Shown: positions 38,607 to 50,379, counted from the first letter of the whole stretch. The stretch: 63,391 nucleotides of DNA, filler included, from Octopus bimaculoides (GCF_001194135.2; 7 parts of 7 records of this genome joined end to end with filler, not necessarily neighbours in it), one strand, 5' to 3'. The notes: a model not told the origin generated them from the letters alone. Numbers and translations: made by a program.

Positions 38607-39083
38607 ATATATATATATATATTATCTGAATTTTATAGTACTAAGTATCCATCACGGCTGGTCTTACCAATCGGTTTCATGCAAAAAATATAATAGAGTG
38701 TTCAGTAACAAGCTAATTATATAATTATGTTCATTAGAGGTAGCTGGCATGGAAGGGAATATGGGAACTGCTCTCCACTGCAGAGGTGGATTAGCACAAC
38801 TAGTCATTGTTTGCCGCAAAAAGGTGGTGAAATGAAAAATGGACCAGGAGATTTGGCTAGGAATTATGTCCCTTGGTTAGATATGCTGTGAAGCTGTTAG
38901 GAGTTATCTTGAAGTGGGGAAAGTTTGTATTAATAATGTGGTGTCCCTGTGGGGATAGGGTGTGTGGTATGTGTAGCAGTGTCATATGTATAAATTTTCC
39001 TGAGGGTGTAGGTATATATAGCGCTGTGTTTGCTGGTCTGTTTTCTTTCTGTAAAGGATAAAGCTGTTGTTTTTTTATATGTA

Positions 39084-39122
<39 letters not shown>

Positions 39123-39339
39123 TCTGTGTATATGTAGGGATACAATTTGCATGAGGGGGGTGCCTGCTGGTGGTTGTAGGGATAGTTATACACAGGGTGT
39201 CCACCTTATAGGGGTGTGCGTATGTGTACATGGGTGCATTGGTGTATGTCTTGGTCAAACTACTGTGCCCAAGGGTAGTGGAAGGTTGTTTGCAGAAGGT
39301 CAGAGCAGAGGACCTGTGGTTGCAGTGATGGTGGGTCAT

Positions 39340-39778
39340 GCAGGTACGATAGAATGTACTTTCTTTCATGTGGACAAGGATTAAATACCTCACTCCTGCT
39401 ATTGAGGTAAACATCCGGGCGTTGGGTACCTTTTAAAATCGCTCTCTTCTCAGCCTGGCATAATTTGCACTTCCTGCTCCTATTGGAATATGGCTTGCAT
39501 CTTTCTATGATCTTCCACTTTATGCTATACTCCATGGCAATTTCTTTCAAAGCCCACGTGTGCTTGGCTAGCATTTTCTGGTGGTACTTTCTCATGGGGC
39601 TAGGATCTGACATGTAACTAATACTATCCTTGAAACCACTGGCAGCCAGAGCCCAGTTGTAGTATGGGGCAGCAGCATCAAAAATCTCTTTGCTTAAAGA
39701 CAAGCTGGAGATTCTCTTGCTGACGCCCTGATATATCAGGTCATTAAAAATTAAATGTCCAATTTTCTTATGCACCAA
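39340..39778 (-). mobile_element. Penelope-like element (Naiad/Neptune-type), internally deleted ORF
   Basis: KRISSLSLSKEIFDAAAPYYNWALAASGFKDSISY (RT thumb end) is joined in frame to LAKHTWALKE...YSIKWKIIERCKPYSNRSRKCKLCQAEKRAI...LNSRSEVFNPCPHERKY (endonuclease C-terminus). Confidence 0.85.
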
Positions 39779-39887
39779 GTTTGACGGTCGTTAACTCAAA
39801 TATTTTATCCTGACAATTCTTTGTTTTACAACATTGAAGAGTTACATCATCACTTTTCATGTTGTTTATGAATGAATGTATCCTAGA

Positions 39888-40768
39888 GAGCTCGAAACAT
39901 CAATGAGGTGTTTGGTGAAGATGTGGTAAATGAGCACACTGTACATAGATGGTTTGAGAGATTCCAGTCTGGTGACTTTACTCTTGAAAATCAGCCCTGT
40001 GGTGGACCTGAGACCATGGTGGATAATGATGAGCTGGAAACTGTAGTGGAAGTGGATACATCTCAAACTACGTGTGACTTAGCAGCAGAGTTTGATGTTT
40101 TGATTCCAACTGTATAGGACCATCTGAAACAAATTGGTAAGGTAAAGAAGCTGGACAAGTGGGTACCACATGAACTGAACAAGCATCAAATGATACGTCG
40201 TCTTGAAACTTGCTGTTCTTTGCTGTCACAGCATAAAAGCGAACCATNNNNNNNNNNNNNNNNNNNNNNNNNNNNNNNNNNNNNNNNNNNNNNNNNNNNN
40301 NNNNNNNNNNNNNNNNNNNNNNNNNNNNNNNNNNNNNNNNNNNNNNNNNNNNNNNNNNNNNNNNTTGGTCAATAGAGACAGGCCAATTCTCTTGCAAGAC
40401 AATGCTCGACCACATGTTACACAAAGAACGCTACTCAAGTTATAGGAACTGAACTTGGAAGTACACTGTCATCCACCATATTCACCAGACCTTGCACCAA
40501 CTGACTATCACATTTTCCAGGCATTAGACAACTTTTTATAAGGTAAAGACTACAAATCTGAAAGAGATGCCAAAACAGCCTTTCATGATTTCATTGCCTC
40601 TTGCTCTTCAGAATTCTTCGCTGCCAGCATAAATAAGCAACCAATAAAATGGCAAAACTGTGTTGATAATTTAGGTGCATACTTTTATTAACTGCATTGC
40701 CTTTTGTTGAGATAAAGTAAAATAAACTATCAGTTCAAAATTGGACATTTCATTCTTAATGACTAGAT
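39888..40768 (+). mobile_element. Mariner transposase pseudogene, 5'-truncated, gapped
   Basis: ARNINEVFGEDVVNEHTVHRWFERFQSGDF, the WVPHEL motif, LLQDNARPH and the HPPYSPDLAPTDY motif. In-frame stops. Confidence 0.92.
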
Positions 40769-40829
40769 AAATACATTCTTTTACTATTTTACATGTTTCA
40801 GCCTTAAGGCTGTGACTATGCTGGGGCAC

Positions 40830-41157
40830 ATGTAGTGGCCAATTCTATGTGATTGGCTTTTGATGAATGAGGGAGTTCGAGACTACTGCCCTCTTTTGAG
40901 TCTCCTGCCTTGATATTGGTTCAACTGGGACCTTGGATAGCAGGAGGTCAAGATGATTCTTGAAAACATCTACCACCACTTCATGAAGATCCCTCAGATG
41001 TTTTGTAAAGGCATTAAATTGCAAGCTATTGCAGTACATGGTCCTCAGTCTAGATGGAGTAGCTAGAACCTTTGGAAAACTGCAGTGATGTCCAGTGTGG
41101 AACTTGGTATAGCTCTCAATTCCAAAGTTTGGTACCAGCCCTTCCAGGATCTCGCCA
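40830..41157 (-). mobile_element. CR1-clade LINE 3' fragment
   Basis: ILEGLVPNFGI...FNAFTKHLRDLHEVVVDVFKNHLDLLLSKVPVEP...RAVVSNSLIHQ ~ CR1 C-terminus (FK..LD.FL..VPDEP...AA.SNSL.HQ). Confidence 0.8.
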
Positions 41158-42199
41158 CCGTGACATCAATTTGATGAAAAATGTTTCATGGGTATAAACA
41201 GACAGCTTATTAACAGTTATCTATTTAGCATTTGCTAATTCTTCATTTCAATGCGAATTGCTTTGATTTGCTAAAACTTATCATTTCAATTCATTGTTTT
41301 AATTTGCTAGTGTTTCAGGTTTTGATTAGGTAAGATCATTTTATTTCTCAAGCAAAATTTAGGCATTTTGCGCACTAGCTGTTGTGACATCAATTTGACT
41401 AAATCTGCCCCAGTGTAAAATTTTGCTAGTTTACACACATGCTCAAAAATGACGACGACATGGGTTCGCTACCAGACTCTGCTCATTTTGTCATCAAATT
41501 GGTCCTACCCATTAATATAGATTTAAAATTTTTGAAAAATGTCAAAATTTGAAGAAAAATGTTTCATGGCTATAAACAGACATCTTATTAATGGTAATTT
41601 TTTTACCAGGTACCTCAGCTAGTATATGTGTGTGTGTGTATGAGAAACAGCGAAAGGGACATAAACAATATCAAAAACACATACACAAGCTGAATTGCCT
41701 TCTATGACTATATGCAGAATGGTGTAAGAAACATTGGCTGACCACAGAAAAATTCAAATATGAATGAGAAACAGCATGAAGGATATAGACAATATTGAAC
41801 ACACATACACATGGTATGTGTTTTGCCAGTTCATGGGCAGGCTGTGATTGTTGGAGTAAGAGAATATATTATCAGGCCTTGTTTCAGGTACACAGAATTG
41901 ACAAGTCACAAAGATGACGAAACATTAATGTCTATCGCTCCTGTAACAGGACCTGATGTGAATTATCTCACTTGTCTATAGCCTCCAAGTGTTTTAACAC
42001 CAACTGAATTCATGAGAATATATTCTCAAGTGTCAACAATTGAAGCCTGCCCACAAACTGACAAAACACTTACCTTGTGTATGCGTGTTCGATATTGTAT
42101 ATATGTGTGTGTGTGTATAGTGGACGTTAAAAATATGATGATGATGTTTTATTTCCTAATACTGGATATTAAATAGTGTTACAGTTTCTAATAGTGGAT

Positions 42200-43232
42200 T
42201 GTAGTAGTGAGACATGGGCCCTGAATGAAGAGGGGGCATGTGAAGGCGAGAGAGGAATGAAGCCAGTATGCTCCATTGGATGTGCAATGTCAGTGTACAT
42301 ATGTGACAGAGTGTTGGCATATCTGAGAGGAAAGTTAGGCATAAGAGGAATTAGATGCAGTGCGCAAGACAGAACACTGCACTAGTTAGGTCAAGTGATG
42401 TATATGGATTAGAACAGTTGCATAAAGAAGTACTAATCACTTAAAGTGGATGGAATTTGTGGGAGAAGAAGACCCAGAAAGACATGGGATGAAGTATTGA
42501 AGGCCGATCTCAAGACACTGAGCCTTATGAAGGCAATGACAAAGAACCAAGATATTTGGCACCTTACTGTACTCAGGAAGACCCACTCACCACAGCAAAA
42601 TTGATATTCTAAAAACCACCTTAGTAATGCATGTCCATGAGGGGTTCTGCCCCACCACCATCCTCTTTGCTCTGTCATCCTTCCTCACTCCACATATCAT
42701 CCCCTAACACCTATCACTTCTCAGACACCTGAGGGCAGCTTTCTCATAACCACTTCCAATTCTCATTACTGTCTTCACCAATCACATTTCTGTGCCTTGT
42801 TCCTCCTATACTGTTCTCCATTATTAACATCTTGCTTCTCTGCTGTCACCCTCAATGCCCTCACATATCTACTGCAACCGCTGCCCCCGAACCTCTCCTC
42901 AGTTTCTCCCCATCATTTGCTACAGGCACTTCTAACCTGCCCACTTGCCCACGAAAAACCTCTATATCACTTTGCCTAATCTTACCACCTCCAAAGCCTC
43001 TCAAAGGTATATTCCTACTAACTTTCGCTATCATCTCTGCACTATTACTCTCCTTATTTTACTCTCTAGCTCACTCTCCTTTTCTTTCCAACTGGAGCAT
43101 CCATGTATCTACAGGAAGATGCTTATCTCTGTCCCTCTCAACTGGCACAAAGCCATTTCCCCCATCGATACTACTACTCCTTCCCAGTTGAAGGGTTTTT
43201 TTTGCCTTTTTTGACACCAATGATGATGATGA
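42200..43232 (+). mobile_element. Old RTE LINE 3' end with long pyrimidine-rich 3' UTR and (GAT)n tail
   Basis: SETWAL...GICGRRRPRKTWDEVLKADLKTLSL; related to 50800-51195 but more decayed. Confidence 0.75.
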
Positions 43233-43509
43233 TTGTTATTATTAAATAAGTATTAGATCCAACCATCAATGTTGGATTAGCTTATAAACTGAGCTATTGT
43301 ACAAAAGTTAGGGTAAGTGTGTTTGAGTTATATTAACTGGATTAAGTTATCCTGGTTAGGTTATGGTACAGTGGTCAGATTATCATAATTGGATTAAACA
43401 TTAGCACTACTATCATTGTATGCTGTTTAATTAAATTATTCATCATTGATTGGTTCTGTGTTAATAGCTAGAGGTGAAAGAGAGAGCCATGCACAAATTT
43501 TCTACTTAC

Positions 43510-43700
43510 CTAACATCAAGAACAGTCGCCCTCTCTGTTGTCTTGTGTGTATCCAGTCGTGAAAGACTGAATGCTGGCAGTCTCTTTATGCTGAATCTCT
43601 CATGTTCCCAGGCTAAAGTGTCCTCAGCCAAGTTGATTTTTTTGTGTATCATCTTAAATTGCACATCAGGAAAAAATTTTTTGGTAATTTCTTCTAAATT
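43510..43700 (-). CDS. NCLN: Nicalin internal coding exon (phase 0 to 2)
   Basis: Acceptor ttctctctttaccag|43700, donor 43510|gtaagt, open frame [63 protein letters not shown](R) ~ vertebrate nicalin [64 protein letters not shown]. Missed by the ORF track. Confidence 0.93.
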
Positions 43701-44398
43701 CTGGTAAAGAGAGAATTTAAGGATAAAGTGTCGTGTTGAGGGGAAAAATCAAAAGAAAATGAAATATGCAGAGTTGCCACAAGAAAGGACAGCCATAAAC
43801 TGAGAGCTTGTAGGAGACCTACTCTCAACAATGTTATTGTATCACCTACAACATGGCTACAGTGTGGTTTGAGCTTTATCCCTACAGACCCTAATTATAA
43901 GAATCAGGAAGTCATGTGAAGAAAGCTACTTTTGACTATATATGTAATTCTTACCAAAATCAACACATAATGATAACCCTAACCTCACTTATCACTGTCA
44001 ATATTAAATCATAATTACACTTTAATATAAGATAGGGTAATCAGGTAAAATAGTCAAATTATCCATGCAAATTTATCAAGGCATGCACCAACATTTCTTC
44101 TGAATGCATCATGCTCCTTAATTCAATAAATCTTACAGCCGATTCAAGAGAGTAATATATTCAAGAGAATACGCACTCCAGTATTTTCTCTAGACCTGAT
44201 AAAATTTGAGCTCAAACTGAAGAAATTTAGTAAACATTCAGTGTTCATTGCTGTTCATAAAAACAAGAGATTGCTACAAAATACCTAATAAACAAAGAGA
44301 CAGCGAAGCTCTTGGAGCTCCAAGATGCAACTAGATATGTAGACCATGTAGAAATGTAGACCATGTAGAAATGTAGACCATGTAGAAATGTAGACCAT

Positions 44399-44630
44399 AG
44401 GCGGTGAGCTGGCAGAAATGTTAGCACACCAGGCGAAATGCTTAGCGGTATTCCGTCTGCGTTACGTTCCGAGTTCAAATTGGGCCGAGGTCGACTTTGC
44501 CTTTCATCCTTTTGGGGTCGATAAATAAAGTACCAGTTATGCATTGGGGTCGATGTAACCGACTTAATCCCTTTGTCTGTCCTTATTTGTCCCCTCTGTG
44601 TTTAACCCCTTGTGGGCAATAAAGAAATAA
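44399..44630 (+). mobile_element. SINE family B subfamily with a different 3' tail and a 15-bp TSD
   Basis: TSD agaaatgtagaccat at 44384-44398 and 44630-44644; tail gacttaatccctttgtc...gggcaataaagaaataa. Confidence 0.9.
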
Positions 44631-45634
44631 GAAATGTAGACCATGTCATATTTCTGTGGAAGGCATCACACACATGATTAGTAGCTGCCAGTAAATATCA
44701 TCAAGCTATTATCTTCCTATGTGACTGATATTGTCGCAACAACAATATACAGTGCCATTCAGAAAAAAGACTGTCCTGGAATAAATATATAGAATGCATA
44801 CATAAACATCCACACAAGGAATACTGGTGGAACATTCCCATCTAAACATGTCAAGTGTAAACATAACAAGATGGATGTTGTCTGGGGCAAACAAGAAAAA
44901 ATATGAAACATCATAGAGGCTTGCTTATGTGAATTTCTCTTTGAAAATCAGAGACAAAGAGGATAACTATAAACAACTGCTTCAAAACCTCCAGCTACTA
45001 TGTTCAAATTATAAATTCACATTTATACCAATATTAATTAACGCATTTAGTTTGTGAGTAAATACCTAACTGACAATTTGGATAAGGGTTTTCAGACAAG
45101 AAATCACCCAACTAACTCACACGTTATAAGTACAATCTGCAAGTAGAACAGTAAAAATATGCAAGACTTTCCTCAAGTTTAAAATGTGACATTATTTTAT
45201 TATCTACATTAAAATGATGGAGCTTTGTATCTTTGTTAGAAACCAGCTCCTTCTTCAGAGGAAGAATTTAAATAATTAAAAACAGAAGAGAACACACACA
45301 CACACACACACACAAAATTTGAATGCATCACCCATACCTACAGGAAAAAACTGAAGTAAAATAAATGAAATTTTATAATAAAACTTTTTGAATTTCAAGT
45401 AATTAAATTCAAGGATCCATATTTTTAAAACAGTTGTGAACAATAACAGATTGATATGTATTTAAAATAAATGTAATGTCAAATACAAAGAATTTTAATG
45501 TCAACATTTTCCATGTTGGCATAAGAAGAAATTTCTTGAGGCAGTATTTTTCAACTGGATGCTCTTCCTCAAGTAAAGTGCTTGATCCCATATCTTCACA
45601 TGTTGAACCACCTTCTTACTAGACTTCTTGTGTA

Positions 45635-46453
45635 CGAGGTCTGATCAATAAGTATCTGGACTGTTGCCAAAGTAATGAAGCTAAAGCATGCAGAGTAAAG
45701 CCACTTCACAAAAATTCACCTTGAACTATGCTGTGCATGTGCACTAAGTTTTATCATTTTAGCTCACTTCTGCTGTTTACAGCAGTGTTTGGTAGGAAGT
45801 TGTCATGGCGATACCTGCTCAGAGGCCTACACAAAGTGTATGGAGAAGAATGTATAAGTTGCACACAAGTGTACAAGTGGTTCAGACATTTCCAAGATGG
45901 CCCAAAAAATGCTGATATTGATGAATGTTCTGGGAGATCTGCAACCAGCAGAACTGAGAAAAACATCACAGACATGCATGCAGCTGTGAGGGGAAATCGT
46001 CGAATAACCATTCATGAGTTATCAGAGGATGTGCAGATTAGTTACAGTTCAGTTCAGTCCATTATCACTGAAGATTTGGGTATGAGACACGTGTCTGCCA
46101 AGTTTGTACCAAAACTGCTTTCAGCTGACCAAGAAGACACTTGGGTTTCAGTAGTACAAGATCTTGATTATGTTGAGAATGATGAAAACTTTTTGAAAAC
46201 CTTGCATAGGCTTCTTTTGGCAAAATTTGATGCAGATTCCCATCTCAAATATCTATCATGGTCAATGCGATGATCACACGCTACACATGTTCCTTCCAAG
46301 CACTGCTATAAACTGGGGAAGTGAGTTAGAATATTCAAACTTAGTGCGCATGCACAGGAGAGTTCAAGGTCAATCTGTGTCAAGTAGCTTCACTCTGCAT
46401 GCTTTAGCTTCGTTACAATGGCAAGAGTCCGGATACTTATTGATCAGACCATG
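45635..46453 (+). mobile_element. Internally deleted mariner (irritans-like) with ~155-bp TIRs
   Basis: TA TSD at 45633-45634 and 46454-46455; termini cgaggtctgatcaataagtatc / gatacttattgatcagaccatg. The ORF encodes the HTH region through SAKFVPKLL, with no DD34D domain. Confidence 0.9.
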
Positions 46454-46589
46454 TATGTAGGACACAAACATAACTACTGCTCAAGCAGTGTCAATATCAA
46501 AATGTCTAAAGATACACAGACACATTTTAAAATATACACACACAGGTTTCTGTACAGTATCTATGAACACAAGACAAGAGATCTAACAC

Positions 46590-46863
46590 ATCATCATCAT
46601 CATCGTCGTTTAACATCTGCTTTCCATGCTAGCATGGGTTGGACGATTTGACTGAGGACTGGTGAAACCGGATGGCAACACCAGGCTCCAATCTGATTTG
46701 GCAGAGTTTCTACAGCTGGATGCCCTTCCTAACGCCAACCACTCAGAGAGTGTAGTGGGTGCTTTTACGTGTCACCTGCACGAAGGCCAGTCAGGCGGTA
46801 CTGGCAACAGCCACGCTCAAAATGGTGTCTTTTATGTGCCACCCGCACAAGAGCCAGTCCAGG
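46590..46863 (-). mobile_element. RTE LINE 3' UTR end
   Basis: catcatcatcgtcgtttaacatctgctttccatgctagcatggg..., same family as 35757 and 37795. Confidence 0.85.
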
Positions 46864-47819
46864 NNNNNNNNNNNNNNNNNNNNNNNNNNNNNNNNNNNNN
46901 NNNNNNNTTAATTAATTAANNNNNNNNNNNNNNNNNNNNNNNNNNNNNNNNNNNNNNNNNNNNTAATGGTCGTTTTGTATTGAAAGAATTCTGAAGGGGC
47001 TTTATTTTTAGACTGGTGTCAAACGGTCGAATCTATTCAACCATGTTTTAAGTCTTTAGCAACATCAATTACAAAGAACTTGGGAGTGGTACTAAAAGAT
47101 CGAGAGAAGTATTGACAAGCAGAAACTGGGTGGGAGCTGTCTTCAATAATTCAAGTAATGCTATATATTCAAAATTAACCATACATGCTGGTTTTGTTGT
47201 TGTTATTGTTGCTGCTACTGTTGTTATTGTCACTTACTTTTTTGTATTTTGACGCTACTTGCCTTCAGAACATCCTAGGGAATTTTATGCTAGCTTCATC
47301 ACTTTTATTTATTTATATATTTATTTTTTTGTTTGTTTTGAAACGAGATCGAACTTCAGCATTTTATACCGATAGATTTTAGACACTTTTTTCTGCAACT
47401 GGTAAGATTATGTAGGGGGTGCAAATTTTGATCTCGCACCCCCTGAACATTCTACGTTGTGTGGGTGCACCCGCTGCACCCCCTGTTCCCGGGCCCTTGG
47501 AAAATCGGTATCTGTGGAAAATACCTTGATTATACATCATATATTAAGTAGACTCTATTCTAAACGTTCAGAACTTGACTCCAGATATGTAGTCACTGTA
47601 TATGGGCTAAGGAAGACGATTTTAGAAGCAATCTAATCAATCAGTTTTTCTCGAGGTAAACAGAATATATCTCTGGATACGAAATTCAGAAATATTAAGG
47701 AAAATATTAAGGTGTCTTGCCGCAAAGTTATTTTTAGTTGCATAAATCATAGTTGCGAAATTCTCAACTTGCATACTATTCTTTTCTGCTATGGGCAAAA
47801 AAGCTGCAGTTCTGGAGAA

Positions 47820-47960
47820 GATTGCTTGACGTTCACATCGACCCCGTTGCTTGTCTAATATTCATTTTATCGACCACAAAACGATGAAAGGTAAAGTTGA
47901 TTTCGGTGGAATTTGAACGCAGAATGTAAGGACTGACGAAATCTCGCTAAGCATTTTGAC
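47820..47960 (-). mobile_element. SINE family B fragment
   Basis: Reverse Meta-like core. Confidence 0.7.
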
Positions 47961-48247
47961 AGAAGGTGGTGACTGGTGAAACAGATTTTGGCTGAACGTG
48001 TATACTATAGGATAAATATAATGATAACAATAATTCTTGTATGGAGTTTATAAATATTGTAATCAACCCGATATTACGCACCAGACTTATCATCCAGGAA
48101 GTTGGGGGACACGTTAGGAGACACGTGATTTGTAGAAACACGCGTTGTGATGCTTTGAAAATATCTATATTTTTTCATCTAAAGATTATTTGCATTATTG
48201 GCATTATTTTCATTATTTATATTTGGTCTCATCGTGTTTATTGTTAA

Positions 48248-48289
48248 CACAACATATCGGCTGATATACCCTCCAGCCTTCATCAGGTG
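48248..48289 (-). ncRNA. Hammerhead motif in the inverted pLTR
   Basis: cac-CTGATGA-A-GGCTG gagggtatat CAGCC-GATAT-GTT-gtg: perfect 5-bp stem II, with GAAAC mutated to GATAT. Confidence 0.6.
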
Positions 48290-48372
48290 ACTTGGGGAAA
48301 TTTCGAACCTGGGTTCTCATTCTTAAAATATTGTTGTTGTTGTTGGTGTTGTTGTTGTTGTTGTTGTTATTA

Positions 48373-48451
<79 letters not shown>

Positions 48452-49245
48452 TCAGGTCACTGCCTGGAGTGGAACTCTGAATCTTGGGGTTAGTAGTGGA
48501 GTATGAAGGTGTCATGAACATATCGCAGCATACTCTCCAATCCAATTTTGAAGAAAAGCGAGGATGAAACCGATAAACTGTCCACACTCTATCTACCCTA
48601 TGTGAAAGGCCTCTCCGAAAAGATACAAAAGATATGTGGCCCATATGACATCAGAAGAGTATTCAAAAGTAATACAACACTCCGCAAATATCTCCGAGTA
48701 AAACCACCAACAGAAGAGAATATGACCAAGAACTGCGTGTACTCCATGCCATGCAACTGTGGTAGATTATACAAAGGCGAAACATGCTGCCTCTTGAAAA
48801 TAAGGGTAGAGGAACATCGCAAAGCTGCGACACGGGAGATACTGATAAATTAAGTATAGCCGATCATGTATGGAAAAATGGAGACCCCCCCCCACGAGGG
48901 ATGAAGTTAAAATAATAGGCCAACAACACCACTGGAACATACAAAAACTAAAAAAACAGCACATATGCTAGAACACAACAACCTCCTAAGGAGACCGAGT
49001 GCAGATATGAACAGCATATGGGAACGGTATTAAGGAAGGATAGGAGAATATTAGATTTTTAAGCCCTAAAATTCACTCCATTACTGGCCACGGGCATATA
49101 GCGTAGTGTTTAAGAGCGCGGGCTACTAACCCTAAGATTCCGAGATCGACTCCAGGAAGTGACATGAATATTAATAATAATAATAACAACAACAACAACA
49201 GCAATATTTTAGGTACGAGAACTCATGTTCGAAATTTCACCGAGT

Positions 49246-49289
49246 CACCTGATGGAGGTTGTAGGGTATATACCAGCCGAGACGTTGTG
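49246..49289 (+). ncRNA. Hammerhead motif in the 3' pLTR
   Basis: cac-CTGATGGA-GGTTG...CAGCC-GAGAC-GTT-gtg. Its mutations differ from the left copy, so the two copies reconstruct an intact consensus. Confidence 0.6.
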
Positions 49290-49954
49290 TTAACAAAAAA
49301 AAAAGATGAGGACAGATATCCGTCACATATATAAATAATGTTAATAATGTGCATAATTCCTTATCTCTTAAATATAGAACTGTATTACCAAAGATTGTTA
49401 TTATACATATAAGTGAGAGAGAGAGAGAGAAAGAGGGAGTGAGAGAGAGAGAAAGAGAGAAATTGATTGAAGAATAAAAGTGGATTCAAAATTCTATTCA
49501 GATAACATTTCTTCGTTTTAAATAAACTTGGTCAACTATATCAATCACTCAGGCACGATCAAATGAAAATAGAATAAACATCTAAGGTAACTGCTCATGT
49601 ATGACAAGAGGCTCTAAATATCGTTCAGAAGAATTTCAAGGAATTCGAAATATAAGACAACGTTGTATTCACATTTATTTTGTGATATATGAATTTGAAG
49701 GATATTTTCTGTCTCTAAATATGTTGAAACAACAGAGAAGATCGTCATATTGTACAGTAGAATTGCCTATGAAAGATATGATTTTCTCCATTCGCAGTTT
49801 TGTCCTTGCTAGGTAATAACTTTTTCTTAATGAAATCCACGTCAATACACTATCATAATCAAATCTCTCAGTAGAAGCTTATTCTAAGCTCTGGAATTTA
49901 TTCTACTCAGGGACGTGACTAGAATTTTCATTATAGGCGGGGTTGGCTGGAGTT

Positions 49955-50379
49955 TCTCTGGATGAAAAACTTTTTTCGTTGTGTTCCCTGTAAGGGAAAC
50001 AGTTGCCTGTCTTCAAGAAAAAGGAATCACCCTGTGTAAAATTGATGGTGCCTGTTACAGATATGCTGAACACTTTGAATTTCATTATCAGATCTTTCTT
50101 GAACATGTCCGTGGTATGGCTCTTCGTATGATTTCAGGTTGTCTCCACCACTAGATCGTGTTACATCCACGAAAATGCTGTTGTAGCTAGAGCGTAAATT
50201 CCCCGCTAACCCCTGACAAGCCGGCTTCACGGCGCTAAATATATTAAAGCGCAGATTGCAATCGTAAAGTACCATCTTGTATTGTCGCGTTGGCTTAAGA
50301 ACATACATGCATGTGGTCTTAGCATCATAATAAATAATTGATGTGAAGTGTGAAATATCTGACACATATATGAACGTTC
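49955..50379 (-). pseudogene. TNF-superfamily ligand (TRAIL/FasL-like) terminal exon, disabled
   Basis: Acceptor ctttcgttccacag|50379. MFLS/NATIQDGTLRLQSAL*YI*/SAV ~ SFLSNLHLRNGELVIHEKGFYYIYSQT. Ungapped VFSISVTGTINFTQGDSFFLKTGNCFPYREHNEKSF ~ LYSIYQGGIFELKENDRIFVSVTNEHLIDMDHEASF. At least three frameshifts and two stops. Confidence 0.7.

Larger units (their letters stand above)
48205..49382 (+). mobile_element. 5'-truncated Penelope-like element (Poseidon-type GIY-YIG) with 3' pLTR and inverted partial 5' pLTR
   Basis: LYLPYVKGLSEKIQKIC..YDIRRVFKSNTTLRKYL...NCVYSMPCNCGRLYKGETCCLLKIRVEEH (48580-48820). 48205-48496 is an inverted copy of ~49123-49350. Confidence 0.88.

Noticed and set aside
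41170-41600. Direct repeats aaaaatgtttcatgg.tataaacagaca at ~41177 and ~41555
   Set aside because: Probably subterminal repeats of a decayed DNA transposon. Irregular and only two copies, so not a CRISPR or a definable element.
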